Virus record (IMG/VR): IMGVR_UViG_3300025890_000063
Span: 1 to 35,379 of that record
Length of the DNA stretch: 35,379 nt
Reading direction: 5' to 3' (one strand)
Source: a virus
Lineage: Duplodnaviria > Caudoviricetes
Shown: in pieces, positions 25,778 through 34,570 of the stretch
Position numbering within the stretch: position 1 is the first letter of the stretch
Layout of the letters: the number at the start of each line of letters is the position of its first letter
Position numbers and translations under genes: made by a program
The notes under the pieces: generated by a model
What the model was told of the DNA's origin: nothing
The model's input: the letters and a program-made list of their open reading frames with translations, nothing else
Databases searched by the model: none

Positions 25778-27323
25778 CGGCTCCTTGTGCTAACGCCTGC
25801 ATCATTTCAGGTGGTATCTGTGGCTGTTGAACTTGGTCTTCCTCAACAAGCCACTTCTCGGCTCCGATTGACTTAACCGCCTCTCTGAAACCTTTCACGA
25901 CTTCAACTTGGCTTGGCAATGATTGATCAAGCTGTATAGAAGTAGCCAGCAGTTGGCTTAGGTCGCTAAATCTCGTGGCCTCAGAGCGGGACAAGCTGTC
26001 CTGCAATTCATTGGAGAATGTGAACTTGACCTCTTCCCCGCCCAATGACGGTGGGAGAATGTCGCCGAACGTGTCTAGCTCTACAAGAGTGTTGAACTCG
26101 GTCTCCAGCATACGAGCGTTGTAGTCCACTTGCAGAGGTTCAAAGACAGGCGCACTTGATCGCATGTACTCTTGAACCAACTCTTGTGTCTCATAGGCCG
26201 TCTTGGCTGTGCCATCTGGCAGCTTAAGCTTGTTCAGAAAGAAAGCCTCTGTGAGCATTGAGCGCGCATCAGCTTTGATTTCAAAGCCGTACGGCAAACC
26301 CTTGCCCATTTCTATGGGCCGGATTGGGTTCCCTGTTCGCTCATCGTAATCTCTATCAATGTAGGTAATCCCACCTGGCAGCAGGTCGATTCCTGACTTG
26401 GTAGCCTGATCGGTTGCGACCATCGGAGGGTCAACAACCCGCTCACCTGCCGTAAGCAGTATATAACCGATCTGTTGGAGTGTTCTAGCATCAGGTAACG
26501 CTATCAAAGAGGCAGGCGAATAGCCGTATTGACTGCCAGCTACACGGTTCCAACGACCGATAGAGTACCTTAAGAAGTCTGCCGATTGCTCAGCAACGAT
26601 CATTTTGTGTTTTACGTCGTAGAAAACAGAAACATAAGCGCCCTTTTTAGGGGGCTTCTTGTAGTATTCGTAATCCTCAACTGGCATCATTACGTGACGG
26701 AATTCGAATTTAGTGTCTTTGTGCTTGTCTGCTGCTTCTTTGATGTCGTGGTGAAGCTTTGCATCTTTGCCAAAGAACTTAAAGGCAGACACGGCATCCA
26801 TATGCATTTTATAATGCACGCGGTCGGCTTCACCGTTCATTCCATCTTGCCAAGCGATATCCCTCAAATGGCACGCTATAGATATTGGGTGACTTCTATC
26901 AGGTGAGGGCCTTGTGTATGTCGCACAATTGCCAAACACGGCTATGTCAGCATCGGTTTGACGCTTTACGCGCTCAATTCCTGTGGACCGATCATTTTGA
27001 ACGTCATAATGGATCTCTGTCATCACGCTTAACGCGTCAGCCTCAGACGGTGTGACATCTCTGTTGACACCGGACCCGAACCACAATCGCCCCATGGGCC
27101 TAGTGACAGCGCCAACCGTGTTTGATAGCTCCCTGGCGATAAGCAGAGGATAGGAATCAAATAAGTTCGCCGCGTAATCTCTGCCCCACTGGAACTCAGT
27201 CGTAAAGCCACCACCTGTTGGATAGAAGTTTTGGGCAAGCTCTTCCCATAAGTGCAAGACATGCGTTTTTTGCTCAAAGAGCGTGTCGCCTGCCTTACAA
27301 AGAGCTTTGCCGTTATCGTCCAC
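25761..27323 (-). CDS. Portal (head-tail connector)
   Basis: W.EL...FYP, FGN, RW......YGYSP...ALPD, VDPP, KTA.E. Confidence 0.92.
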   Translation of the reverse strand: MDDNGKALCKAGDTLFEQKTHVLHLWEELAQNFYPTGGGFTTEFQWGRDYAANLFDSYPLLIARELSNTVGAVTRPMGRLWFGSGVNRDVTPSEADALSVMTEIHYDVQNDRSTGIERVKRQTDADIAVFGNCATYTRPSPDRSHPISIACHLRDIAWQDGMNGEADRVHYKMHMDAVSAFKFFGKDAKLHHDIKEAADKHKDTKFEFRHVMMPVEDYEYYKKPPKKGAYVSVFYDVKHKMIVAEQSADFLRYSIGRWNRVAGSQYGYSPASLIALPDARTLQQIGYILLTAGERVVDPPMVATDQATKSGIDLLPGGITYIDRDYDERTGNPIRPIEMGKGLPYGFEIKADARSMLTEAFFLNKLKLPDGTAKTAYETQELVQEYMRSSAPVFEPLQVDYNARMLETEFNTLVELDTFGDILPPSLGGEEVKFTFSNELQDSLSRSEATRFSDLSQLLATSIQLDQSLPSQVEVVKGFREAVKSIGAEKWLVEEDQVQQPQIPPEMMQALAQGADELAA

Positions 27324-27517
27324 TACCCAAGCCTTGTTTTTGTGAATTTAACGCCCGCTTCGCGGAGGTCTGTTGAACTCCGACCGCCTAAAGCAGCTTG
27401 CCTTAGTCGCTCTTCTTCTGCTTCCCTTGCTGCCTGATCTGACAAGTCAGGCATTTCAATCCGTGGAGCTATCTCTTTTATCTCCTGGACACCCATCAGT
27501 TTCTTAAAATCGCCCAT
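27323..27517 (-). CDS. Small conserved-position protein between TerL and portal
   Basis: GR.ST.L...KT.LG ending typical for this slot; tight coupling. Confidence 0.7.
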   Translation of the reverse strand: MGDFKKLMGVQEIKEIAPRIEMPDLSDQAAREAEEERLRQAALGGRSSTDLREAGVKFTKTRLG

Positions 27518-27518
27518 G

Positions 27519-28967
27519 TTATCGCCTTGTTGTTCCGATGTTTTGCCGTGAAGGCCGTTTAACTTGTCTGTGGTGTGCGATCATTGCGCTAGCCAAAGCA
27601 TTCGCCACTGGTCGCGCAAATGTCATAGCGAGCGCGTCATATGTATCTGGCGAAGGGCCAGCTGTGTCTTTTTTCGACACCAGCTGAAAGCGCCCTTTTC
27701 CATCAAAGCCATATTCAAGCCTTGTCAGATCGTCGATTAACTGGCGGTCGTCTGGAATAGAGCCCGTCTCTAGCCAATCTCTCGTCTTGCCTGCTAACTC
27801 GGTTCTGAGGTTGAAATAAGTCTGCTCATCAGTCGCATTGTTACTGCTAACAACCCCAATGACATCAAAGCCCATCAGCCGAAGATGGTCATAAGGCGAA
27901 GCCCCGACCCCGATCTTATCGATAAAGATCGCATCAGGCTTAATCCTGTTTACGATTGCCGCAACCACATTGGCCAATTGCGGACCATCAAGCCCGTGGT
28001 GCCTCTCAATGTGTTCGACTTTGTTGCCGCGCCTGACGACGATACAGCTATGGTCTAGGCCTTCACGGGCAACATCAATGCCAACAACCAATGCACCACC
28101 ATCAGGCTCGGCATCACGCTCAACCGCCGCATCTACCAGTTCTTGTGTAATGAACTGATTAGACCCCGACCTAGGGAACTCTCCCCTTACGCGGATCTTA
28201 AAGAAGTCGCTGTCTTCACCGTAAGTCTTGAGCCACTGTGCAATTTGCGCACTATTGGCCATCTTCGCTTTACGGGTATCAACCTTGAAGCCGTTCCAAA
28301 GCGCCCGATATTTGTTAAAGCAAGCGTGAAACCGGCCTGTGTTCCGCGTTGGGTTTCCAAATGCTAACCAAAGAACCGAATCAGTGGTCAAGCCGCCCTC
28401 TGAGACATCCCAGATAGAGTCATCAATGGCTGATGCCTCATCGTACGTCATTATAACGTCTTTAGCGTGAAGACCCGCAAATGCTTCTGGCCGTTCTTTT
28501 GACCAAGGAATTGCAGAAACGCCCCAAGTTTCAGGGGACTCCTGAGCAGCAAATTTAGTTGCTGTCCAATCGAACCAATGGCCACATATCAAACGCTTGT
28601 GCCAAACCGACATCTCGCGCCACGTCTTAGTCTCTAACTGCGTTTTAGTGTTTGCAGTAACAACACCCGCACAATTCGGCCTCGTAGCTATGAACCATTG
28701 ATTTATCCACGCAGACACGGCAGACTTACCGGAGCCATGCCCTGAAGAGACCGCGATACGAACCGCCTCACCCGCATTACTGGATGAAGCTTCCATTTTT
28801 TCGCCTATAGTCCGCAAAAGATCAGACTGCCATTCGTCAGGCCCCTCTTGACTGGCTAAGTCACCGTCACCCCAATGGTAGGCGTAACGAACGAAGTTTA
28901 GCGGGTCAAAGCGGAACTCTTGAAGTTTAGCGACCAGTTCTAGGTCCGCGTCAGTCAGACTTGCCAT
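27519..28967 (-). CDS. terL: Terminase large subunit
   Basis: Walker A SSGHGSGKS, Walker B MTYDEA, GNPTR, nuclease GIDVAREGLD. Confidence 0.95.
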   Translation of the reverse strand: MASLTDADLELVAKLQEFRFDPLNFVRYAYHWGDGDLASQEGPDEWQSDLLRTIGEKMEASSSNAGEAVRIAVSSGHGSGKSAVSAWINQWFIATRPNCAGVVTANTKTQLETKTWREMSVWHKRLICGHWFDWTATKFAAQESPETWGVSAIPWSKERPEAFAGLHAKDVIMTYDEASAIDDSIWDVSEGGLTTDSVLWLAFGNPTRNTGRFHACFNKYRALWNGFKVDTRKAKMANSAQIAQWLKTYGEDSDFFKIRVRGEFPRSGSNQFITQELVDAAVERDAEPDGGALVVGIDVAREGLDHSCIVVRRGNKVEHIERHHGLDGPQLANVVAAIVNRIKPDAIFIDKIGVGASPYDHLRLMGFDVIGVVSSNNATDEQTYFNLRTELAGKTRDWLETGSIPDDRQLIDDLTRLEYGFDGKGRFQLVSKKDTAGPSPDTYDALAMTFARPVANALASAMIAHHRQVKRPSRQNIGTTRR

Positions 28968-29412
28968 TCAGTCTCTGCTGTGCTGCCATCATAGCCTCTG
29001 CAAGACCATCACCGGTGTGTTCAATCTCTTGCTTGTCACGCCACTGTTCTGGCCTACGGTTCTTTAGCCAGAAGATCGCCGCCGTTGTGTCTGGGGGGTA
29101 GTGCTTAACCGTTGGGACAACGACCGCTTCGCCATTGTGCTGGAATATCTTGTCCTCTTCATGGGTGTATCCCATAGCCCTTTCATAAAGAGATCGTTCA
29201 ACTCTGTTGTCGCTAACTGCCTTGCCCACTTTTAGGGAGTCGCAAACTTTCTGGTGATTAGCAGCCCATCTGTAGAGAGTGGACCTATCGACATCCAACA
29301 CATCAGCTATCTCGTCGTTCGTCAAGCCGCGCTCACACATCTTTCTAATTTGGTCGGGGTGCTTACCCTCATCATAAGAAGAGGCGTAGTCGTTCCCTTT
29401 AGGAGCTGGCAT
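28951..29412 (-). CDS. terS: Terminase small subunit
   Basis: MPAPKGN start, HTH, SLY.RA.GY, PPDTTAAIFWLKNRRP..WRDK. Confidence 0.92.
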   Translation of the reverse strand: MPAPKGNDYASSYDEGKHPDQIRKMCERGLTNDEIADVLDVDRSTLYRWAANHQKVCDSLKVGKAVSDNRVERSLYERAMGYTHEEDKIFQHNGEAVVVPTVKHYPPDTTAAIFWLKNRRPEQWRDKQEIEHTGDGLAEAMMAAQQRLNGKSD

Positions 29413-29416
29413 GTTC

Positions 29417-29734
29417 TTATGACTTAGCGATAATTGAGAATTGCATACCCGAAACACCGGCGAACAGATGAAGCGTGTCTTGCGTGTAGTAAGGATCATC
29501 AGTGCTGACAACTTGCACAGCGTCACCCTTCCTCACGTTCGTAAACCTGATGTAAAACGCTGCGTCCGATTGAATAGCAACAACTGAACTCGCCAGCTCT
29601 ACACTTGTTTGCGCAGTGGCGATGTCAGTCATCTCTACATGTCTGGACGCATAAGGTTCTTGCGCTGTTAATGTCGGTTGCCCGGTCTGATCCATTGCAG
29701 CGCCGCTGTGCTGATAATATTTGGCGTATGCCAT
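29417..29734 (-). CDS. Hypothetical late protein
   Basis: 105-aa beta-rich ORF before terS. Confidence 0.7.
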   Translation of the reverse strand: MAYAKYYQHSGAAMDQTGQPTLTAQEPYASRHVEMTDIATAQTSVELASSVVAIQSDAAFYIRFTNVRKGDAVQVVSTDDPYYTQDTLHLFAGVSGMQFSIIAKS

Positions 29735-29747
29735 TTGTCTTATCTAC

Positions 29748-29924
29748 CTATTGAACTGTTATTAAGCGAACTTCTTCCAGGAAGCCCGTGAACCACTTCC
29801 CGCTCTCCAAGCGCGCCACAAGAGTAACGGCCTCTGAAGTCTCTTCAGTCTCGTCACCTGTGCAATCAATCAGATTAGTCACCCGACCAACACCGTATTC
29901 AGTATTGACGTACTGGTTCAACAT
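29748..29924 (-). CDS. 58-aa hypothetical protein, first late gene
   Basis: MLNQYVNTEYGVGRVTNLIDCTGDET...; GAGG upstream; below ORF-track cutoff. Confidence 0.6.
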   Translation of the reverse strand: MLNQYVNTEYGVGRVTNLIDCTGDETEETSEAVTLVARLESGKWFTGFLEEVRLITVQ

Positions 29925-29941
29925 GGCTTGTCGTTGCCTCT

Positions 29942-29977
29942 AAAAGCAAAAACCCCCGCTGAATGAACAACAAGGGT
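29942..29977 (-). terminator. tR'-like leader terminator
   Basis: ACCCTTGTTG-TTCATT-CAGCGGGGGT-TTTTGCTTTT. Confidence 0.7.
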
Positions 29978-30015
29978 GTGTAATCGCGGATAGCTTTGCT
30001 AATCCTATGTCTCGG

Positions 30016-30055
30016 ACATTACCGCGTTTCTTGCGCTATGTCAACACTTGTTGAC
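30016..30055 (-). promoter_or_regulatory. Late sigma70-type promoter with palindrome over -35
   Basis: TTGACA-N17-TAATGT (30044-30016); GTCAACA-CT-TGTTGAC at 30040-30055. Confidence 0.75.
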
Positions 30056-30738
30056 TTACGGCTGTGAACGATAATTGTAGAGGATGACTGCTTATCAAAC
30101 TCCCACTCTCCAATCCTTGCCCCCTGCCCCCCGCGTGGCTTTGCTTTTGCGGTATTCCAGTATTCACACAAGCTATCCAATGATGACCGGAACAGCTCTA
30201 GCGCCTTCTCTGGTTTAATACTTAGCTTATGCACGTCACGCCCATCAGTCTGGAATTCGTGAAGTTCTTTATGCCCTGCACAAACTTGCATTGTTAGTGG
30301 CCACATAAGACCTTGTGCGCCGCCTAAGAGATCTCGCGCTTCTTTATACCGGCCTGTGTCTCTTATGCAGTTGGCTTCCATATCTTCTAGGCTTAATGAT
30401 GGCCCTGCTTGCTCTTGGCCGCCATAGCTTGCAGTCTTGACCCTTGTTGCAACGTCACAGCTCTTAACTCTCTCGCATAGGTACGCCAGTCGCTCGGCGG
30501 CCCCATATTGCTCTTCAGTGATAGTTTCGGAGAGAAACAATCTGCCTATGTAGGTGCTTGCCCTTGGATCTAAAGCGTTGTTTCTGCCGACCTGCTTTGC
30601 TCTCTTGGCGAAGATCGGGTCATCGAAAATGGCTTCTCTTTGCTGGCGTTTAGATTTCCTTTGCCGTTTGCCGCTCTTCTCCCTCAAAGGAGGTGTTATC
30701 TCATTGATGATCGAGGCGGAGGATTTAGCTTTGCTCAT
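30019..30738 (-). CDS. DUF6456/GafZ-like late regulator (putative antiterminator)
   Basis: GRL.....I..EQY.AA.RL...Y..A...LG....VC...L..L..YW pattern; lambda Q-equivalent position. Confidence 0.6.
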   Translation of the reverse strand: MSKAKSSASIINEITPPLREKSGKRQRKSKRQQREAIFDDPIFAKRAKQVGRNNALDPRASTYIGRLFLSETITEEQYGAAERLAYLCERVKSCDVATRVKTASYGGQEQAGPSLSLEDMEANCIRDTGRYKEARDLLGGAQGLMWPLTMQVCAGHKELHEFQTDGRDVHKLSIKPEKALELFRSSLDSLCEYWNTAKAKPRGGQGARIGEWEFDKQSSSTIIVHSRKSTSVDIAQETR

Positions 30739-30774
30739 GCGTTACGTTATAACATAACATGCAACGAATTTGAA
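30739..30774 (-). promoter_or_regulatory. Probable leaderless promoter within a palindrome
   Basis: TTCAAA-N17-TATAAC with TG extension, 7 nt before ATG; GTTACGTTATAACATAAC near-palindrome. Confidence 0.45.
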
Positions 30775-30911
30775 GATCGTTTATGAGATGTATTGGATTG
30801 ACCGCCCCTTAAGCGACAAGCACAAATCAGAGGTCCTTCGGTCCGCTGTTAGCTTCGTTGTGATCGAGAAGCAGAATATCGAAGCTGGAGAACTTGGCAT
30901 TTAAGGAGCGG

Positions 30912-31385
30912 CTATTGCGCAAGGCCTTCCTGTTGATCTTGCGTGGACATAGCCGCCGCCCATTGGTCCTCTATCTCGCGTGAGAGCCGCGGCTTCCACG
31001 GAATAGAAGCGCGGCTTGCTACCTTGCTGTTTGAAATCTGCTTATCAAACGGTGGGATATTGTGCAGCTTGCAATCATCGTTGAAACGATTGCGGGACAT
31101 TCCTAGGGAGAACTCCCCCTTGAAATTCCTGTATAAGTCATCCCTGCATTGTGCCGGTGCTGCTTCTTTCAGCCACTCTACATGATCTTTCGTTAGCTTC
31201 TTGAGGAATACTGGGCGATCATCGTGCATCTTTATTTTATGCGATTGGCAATAATACTTAACTGAATCTGGTGTTCTGTTGTAACCTAGCTTGGTTAGCT
31301 CTTCCGCCATCTGTTCTTTAGTCAACTCTCCTTTGCAGTTTTTTAAATAGGTGGCTTCTTCTTGGGAGTATCTTTGTTTAGGCAT
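30912..31385 (-). CDS. Tandem HTH-like DNA-binding protein
   Basis: YS.EE..YLK.......MAEEL....RT..SVK and second related repeat; AGGA RBS before ATG 31385. Confidence 0.65.
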   Translation of the reverse strand: MPKQRYSQEEATYLKNCKGELTKEQMAEELTKLGYNRTPDSVKYYCQSHKIKMHDDRPVFLKKLTKDHVEWLKEAAPAQCRDDLYRNFKGEFSLGMSRNRFNDDCKLHNIPPFDKQISNSKVASRASIPWKPRLSREIEDQWAAAMSTQDQQEGLAQ

Positions 31386-31413
31386 TTTGTTCCTATCTTG
31401 ATGTTGTGTTTTA

Positions 31414-31449
31414 CCTAAGGTCAACTTAACCCCTCAAGTTGACCTTAGG
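31414..31449. repeat. Perfect 14-bp inverted repeat
   Basis: CCTAAGGTCAACTT-AACCCCTC-AAGTTGACCTTAGG. Confidence 0.85.
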
Positions 31450-31456
31450 CTTCACT

Positions 31457-31834
31457 TTAGTCGGCAACTCTTCTGGCTTGCTGTGCGAACGGGTCGTACT
31501 CTCGTGAGATTCCGATGAGATATTGCCCTGGCTCGATTATTTGTGAACCGTGTGGGTTTGCCGCGTCCTGCTTTATATTCGTTGCTTTTTCAACAACTGC
31601 GTAAAGCATCTCCATTCCCTCGCTTCTTGGCCTTTTCTTCTTAAACACCTTCACGCTTTCCCGCCCCAAAAGGTGATGGTGGCCACTTTCGGAGTGGCCG
31701 ACAATGTAGTCGCCGCTCTCGTTCACTTCTGTCAGATCAACATAGTCTTTCAAGTCGATGCCGCCTTCTGTGATTTTGAAAAAATTAACTTCACCATGGG
31801 CATGGATGTATTTTACTTTGATATTTTCAATCAT
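31457..31834 (-). CDS. His-rich small partner of DUF6745-like protein
   Basis: HGEV, GHSESGHHH, H...I.PG.Y.I...REYDP....RRVAD. Confidence 0.8.
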   Translation of the reverse strand: MIENIKVKYIHAHGEVNFFKITEGGIDLKDYVDLTEVNESGDYIVGHSESGHHHLLGRESVKVFKKKRPRSEGMEMLYAVVEKATNIKQDAANPHGSQIIEPGQYLIGISREYDPFAQQARRVAD

Positions 31835-31836
31835 TT

Positions 31837-32811
31837 TTACGTCCTTTGTGTTGGATAGTTAAACATTTCTAAGGGGATATTCTGCTTCCAAGCGTGAGCT
31901 GCCATTACAGTTTTTACGCTCAGTTCGTGTTTATTAACACCCTCCATCATCTCACCGTTTCTTGGGCAATTAAATTTTAGGTAAAGCTCTGGCTCTGGCA
32001 GTCCTTCCAAACTAAGCTCTATTAGACTTCCTTTTTGCGGGTCTTCTTCACTGTCAATAACCTTATGATCAAGGTGAGATAGCATTGTTGGCCATCCAAT
32101 GATCTGACAGCCTGCCGCTTTTTGTTCCGCGTTCTCCGTCCTCAAGACCTCCATCGGGTCTAGACCACTTTCTAACCAATGATCTGGGATGATGGTCCCG
32201 AACCAGGAGGATACCCCCCAGCCATCGGAAAATTCTACAGCCTTGCCCTTTTCTGAGTGAAGAAGACCATTTTCAAAACGCACCGTTCTTGGGCGGTCGC
32301 TAACAATTGCCAAGCCGTCCCAGGCCGCCCACCAACAAACGGATCTCGCTAGCTTGTCCCATTCTTGCAGTAAAGCTAAACCATCTTCTTCGAAGATGAC
32401 GCCTATTAGGGGCATAGCTCCAAAATAGGCTTCTGTGGCGCACCATTGCTGGCCACCCCAACGGTTATGCAGAAACCGTTTATTCGATTCGTCAAGCTGG
32501 CTGTCAAGCTGGCTGCTAAGCTGGCTGCGAAGCTGGCTGTAAAGCTGGCTGTCAAGCTGGCTGTAAAGCTGGCTGTAAAGCTGGCCGCGAAGCTGGCTGT
32601 CAAATATGAAGCCACAAGCCAACTCACACATTAACGGCGAACTGAAGTGCAGAATCATTGGCTCCGGTTTACCTAGCCTTTTATAGAAGGATTTTAGAAC
32701 TTCGTCACCGGTATCGAAATCCGCAGGTTCACAGCATGTGCCAATTTCGAAATACTCTTGTTCCCTTGCTGCTATTAATTCCCACTGTTTGTCTGATAAT
32801 TCTGTGATCAT
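31837..32811 (-). CDS. DUF6745-like protein with SQLx tetrapeptide array
   Basis: CWW.......VSDRP......G.LHSE.G.A..F.DGW....W.G, NAEQK....IIGW, CP..G. Confidence 0.8.
   Translation of the reverse strand: MITELSDKQWELIAAREQEYFEIGTCCEPADFDTGDEVLKSFYKRLGKPEPMILHFSSPLMCELACGFIFDSQLRGQLYSQLYSQLDSQLYSQLRSQLSSQLDSQLDESNKRFLHNRWGGQQWCATEAYFGAMPLIGVIFEEDGLALLQEWDKLARSVCWWAAWDGLAIVSDRPRTVRFENGLLHSEKGKAVEFSDGWGVSSWFGTIIPDHWLESGLDPMEVLRTENAEQKAAGCQIIGWPTMLSHLDHKVIDSEEDPQKGSLIELSLEGLPEPELYLKFNCPRNGEMMEGVNKHELSVKTVMAAHAWKQNIPLEMFNYPTQRT
32491..32601 (-). repeat. Nine tandem 12-bp repeats (AGCCAGCTTNRC)
   Basis: Encodes SQLR GQLY SQLY SQLD SQLY SQLR SQLS SQLD SQLD. Confidence 0.97.
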
Positions 32812-32826
32812 CTCTCTATCTCCTAT

Positions 32827-33111
32827 TTAGCTTGCTTTTAGCTCTAGTTTGACAACGTTGCTTATTTCGGGCGCTGTCCCTACCCCTTTGGCAAGCTTGT
32901 TTCTCTCCGAAATCTCAACCTCACGAGCGAATTCTTGAACGCTGTCAGGTGTTGCTCTCCCTGCTTCTACTTCTATCAGCGTGGACAGATGCCTAATCGC
33001 TTGCTGCCGATTGCAAGCATGAACTGACATTGCAGACTTGACGATAAAGCCGATGCAATCGTTAACCGTTGTCTTGTGAAGGCTAGGCGACCGGATTAAA
33101 TGATCATGCAT
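32827..33111 (-). CDS. Hypothetical protein
   Basis: Overlaps dnaB stop, 94 aa. Confidence 0.65.
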   Translation of the reverse strand: MHDHLIRSPSLHKTTVNDCIGFIVKSAMSVHACNRQQAIRHLSTLIEVEAGRATPDSVQEFAREVEISERNKLAKGVGTAPEISNVVKLELKAS

Positions 33112-34570
33112 CTGCCGGTCTCCTTGTGCTGTTGCTGAACCTTGTGAATTCTCCGGTGAACGCTAACTCGACTTCTCCGGTTGGCCCATGACGCGACTTG
33201 CCAACGATAACCTTTGCTATCCCACGGCAGTGGTCCATCCTCACCCGCCACGCCTCATAGCGTGATTGAAAATCAAAATCACTCTCTCCTGATTTCTGCT
33301 CAGGCTCGGCTTTGCCTTCATAGTATTCAGGCCGATAAGCAAACATCACTATGTCAGCGTCTTGCTCAATTGACCCTGACTCCCTCAAATCTGCCAGCTG
33401 GGGGCGTTTATCTTCTCTGTTCTCTACTTGCCTCGATAACTGAGATAGGGCTATGACAGGAACGTTAAGCTCCTTTGCAACGGCTTTCAGGCCCATGGTG
33501 ATTTCTGTGACCTCTTGGACTCTATTCTCTTGAGAACGCCGCCCTGTTCCGCCGCGCATCAACTGAATGTAATCCACAACAATTAGATCAATGCCGTGTT
33601 GGCGCTTTAGGCGTCTCGCTCTCGCTCTCAGGCTTGAAACGGCCAAGGCTGGAGTGTCATCAATGAAGTAACGAAGGCTCTCCATGTCCCTGCTTGCGGC
33701 GACCACCTTAGAGAAATCTTTGTTTGAAATCTCGCCACGTCTGATTTTCTCTGATGGGATCTCTGCTCGCTCCGACATCATTCTTGTCGCCAGCTGGTCT
33801 GAAGACATCTCCAAAGAAAAGAACGCAACCGACGCACCGTCTCGTGCAGCACTGAAGGCTATATTCGTAGCCAGTGCGGTTTTGCCCATCCCAGGGCGGC
33901 CTGCAAGCACGATCAGATCTGATGGGGCAAGGCCTCCTAGAAGCTTGTCTAGGTCAATCAGGCCCGTCGATATCCCAACCATTGAACCATCTCGCTTTAA
34001 CGCCGCCTCGGCGTTCTTTAGGGACTGCGACAGAACCTTGTCAAAGCTCTTGACCTGCTTGCCAACGTCCCCTTGTTCAGCAAGTTTGAACAACTTCCCT
34101 TCTGCCTCTTCAATCTGCTGGTCTGCCCATGTTCCTGGCGAACAATCATAGGCCCCGTTCGCCACTTCATCAGCTAACTCGATAAGCTCACGGCGCTTGT
34201 AGAGGTCGAAGATTGTCCGCCCATAGTCAGCGGCGTTGATGATTGAAACAATGGAGGATTGAAGCTCGGCTAGATAGGCAGAGCCACCCACTTCTTTCAA
34301 GCCTTCGTCATCGTTGAACACATGAGCAAGTTGAACTGAATCAGCGACTTGGCCTCGTTCGATTAACCTGCAAACTGCATCGTAAATTCTGGCATGGGCT
34401 GGCTCTGCGAAATGCTCCGGCTCCAGGAAATCAGAAACCTTTTCTAGGGCTTGGTTGTTCGCAAGAACTGCGCCAAGCAATCCTGCTTCGACTTCGTAGT
34501 TGTGGGGCGGCTCACGATCCAAAACAGCCAGTGGGGCTTCTGCCCCTGGCAATACTGTTTGTGCTTCCAT
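33104..34570 (-). CDS. dnaB: Replicative DNA helicase
   Basis: LAGRPGMGKT, FFSLEMS, VDYIQL, LSQLSR, DLRESGSIEQDAD, K.RHGPTG. Confidence 0.97.
   Translation of the reverse strand: MEAQTVLPGAEAPLAVLDREPPHNYEVEAGLLGAVLANNQALEKVSDFLEPEHFAEPAHARIYDAVCRLIERGQVADSVQLAHVFNDDEGLKEVGGSAYLAELQSSIVSIINAADYGRTIFDLYKRRELIELADEVANGAYDCSPGTWADQQIEEAEGKLFKLAEQGDVGKQVKSFDKVLSQSLKNAEAALKRDGSMVGISTGLIDLDKLLGGLAPSDLIVLAGRPGMGKTALATNIAFSAARDGASVAFFSLEMSSDQLATRMMSERAEIPSEKIRRGEISNKDFSKVVAASRDMESLRYFIDDTPALAVSSLRARARRLKRQHGIDLIVVDYIQLMRGGTGRRSQENRVQEVTEITMGLKAVAKELNVPVIALSQLSRQVENREDKRPQLADLRESGSIEQDADIVMFAYRPEYYEGKAEPEQKSGESDFDFQSRYEAWRVRMDHCRGIAKVIVGKSRHGPTGEVELAFTGEFTRFSNSTRRPADA

Noticed and set aside
32491-32601. 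CRISPR array
   Set aside because: Contiguous in-frame 12-mers with no spacers, no cas genes
32406-32634. Alternate-frame repeat ORFs (ASFT/VKLA repeats)
   Set aside because: By-products of the stop-free 12-bp array
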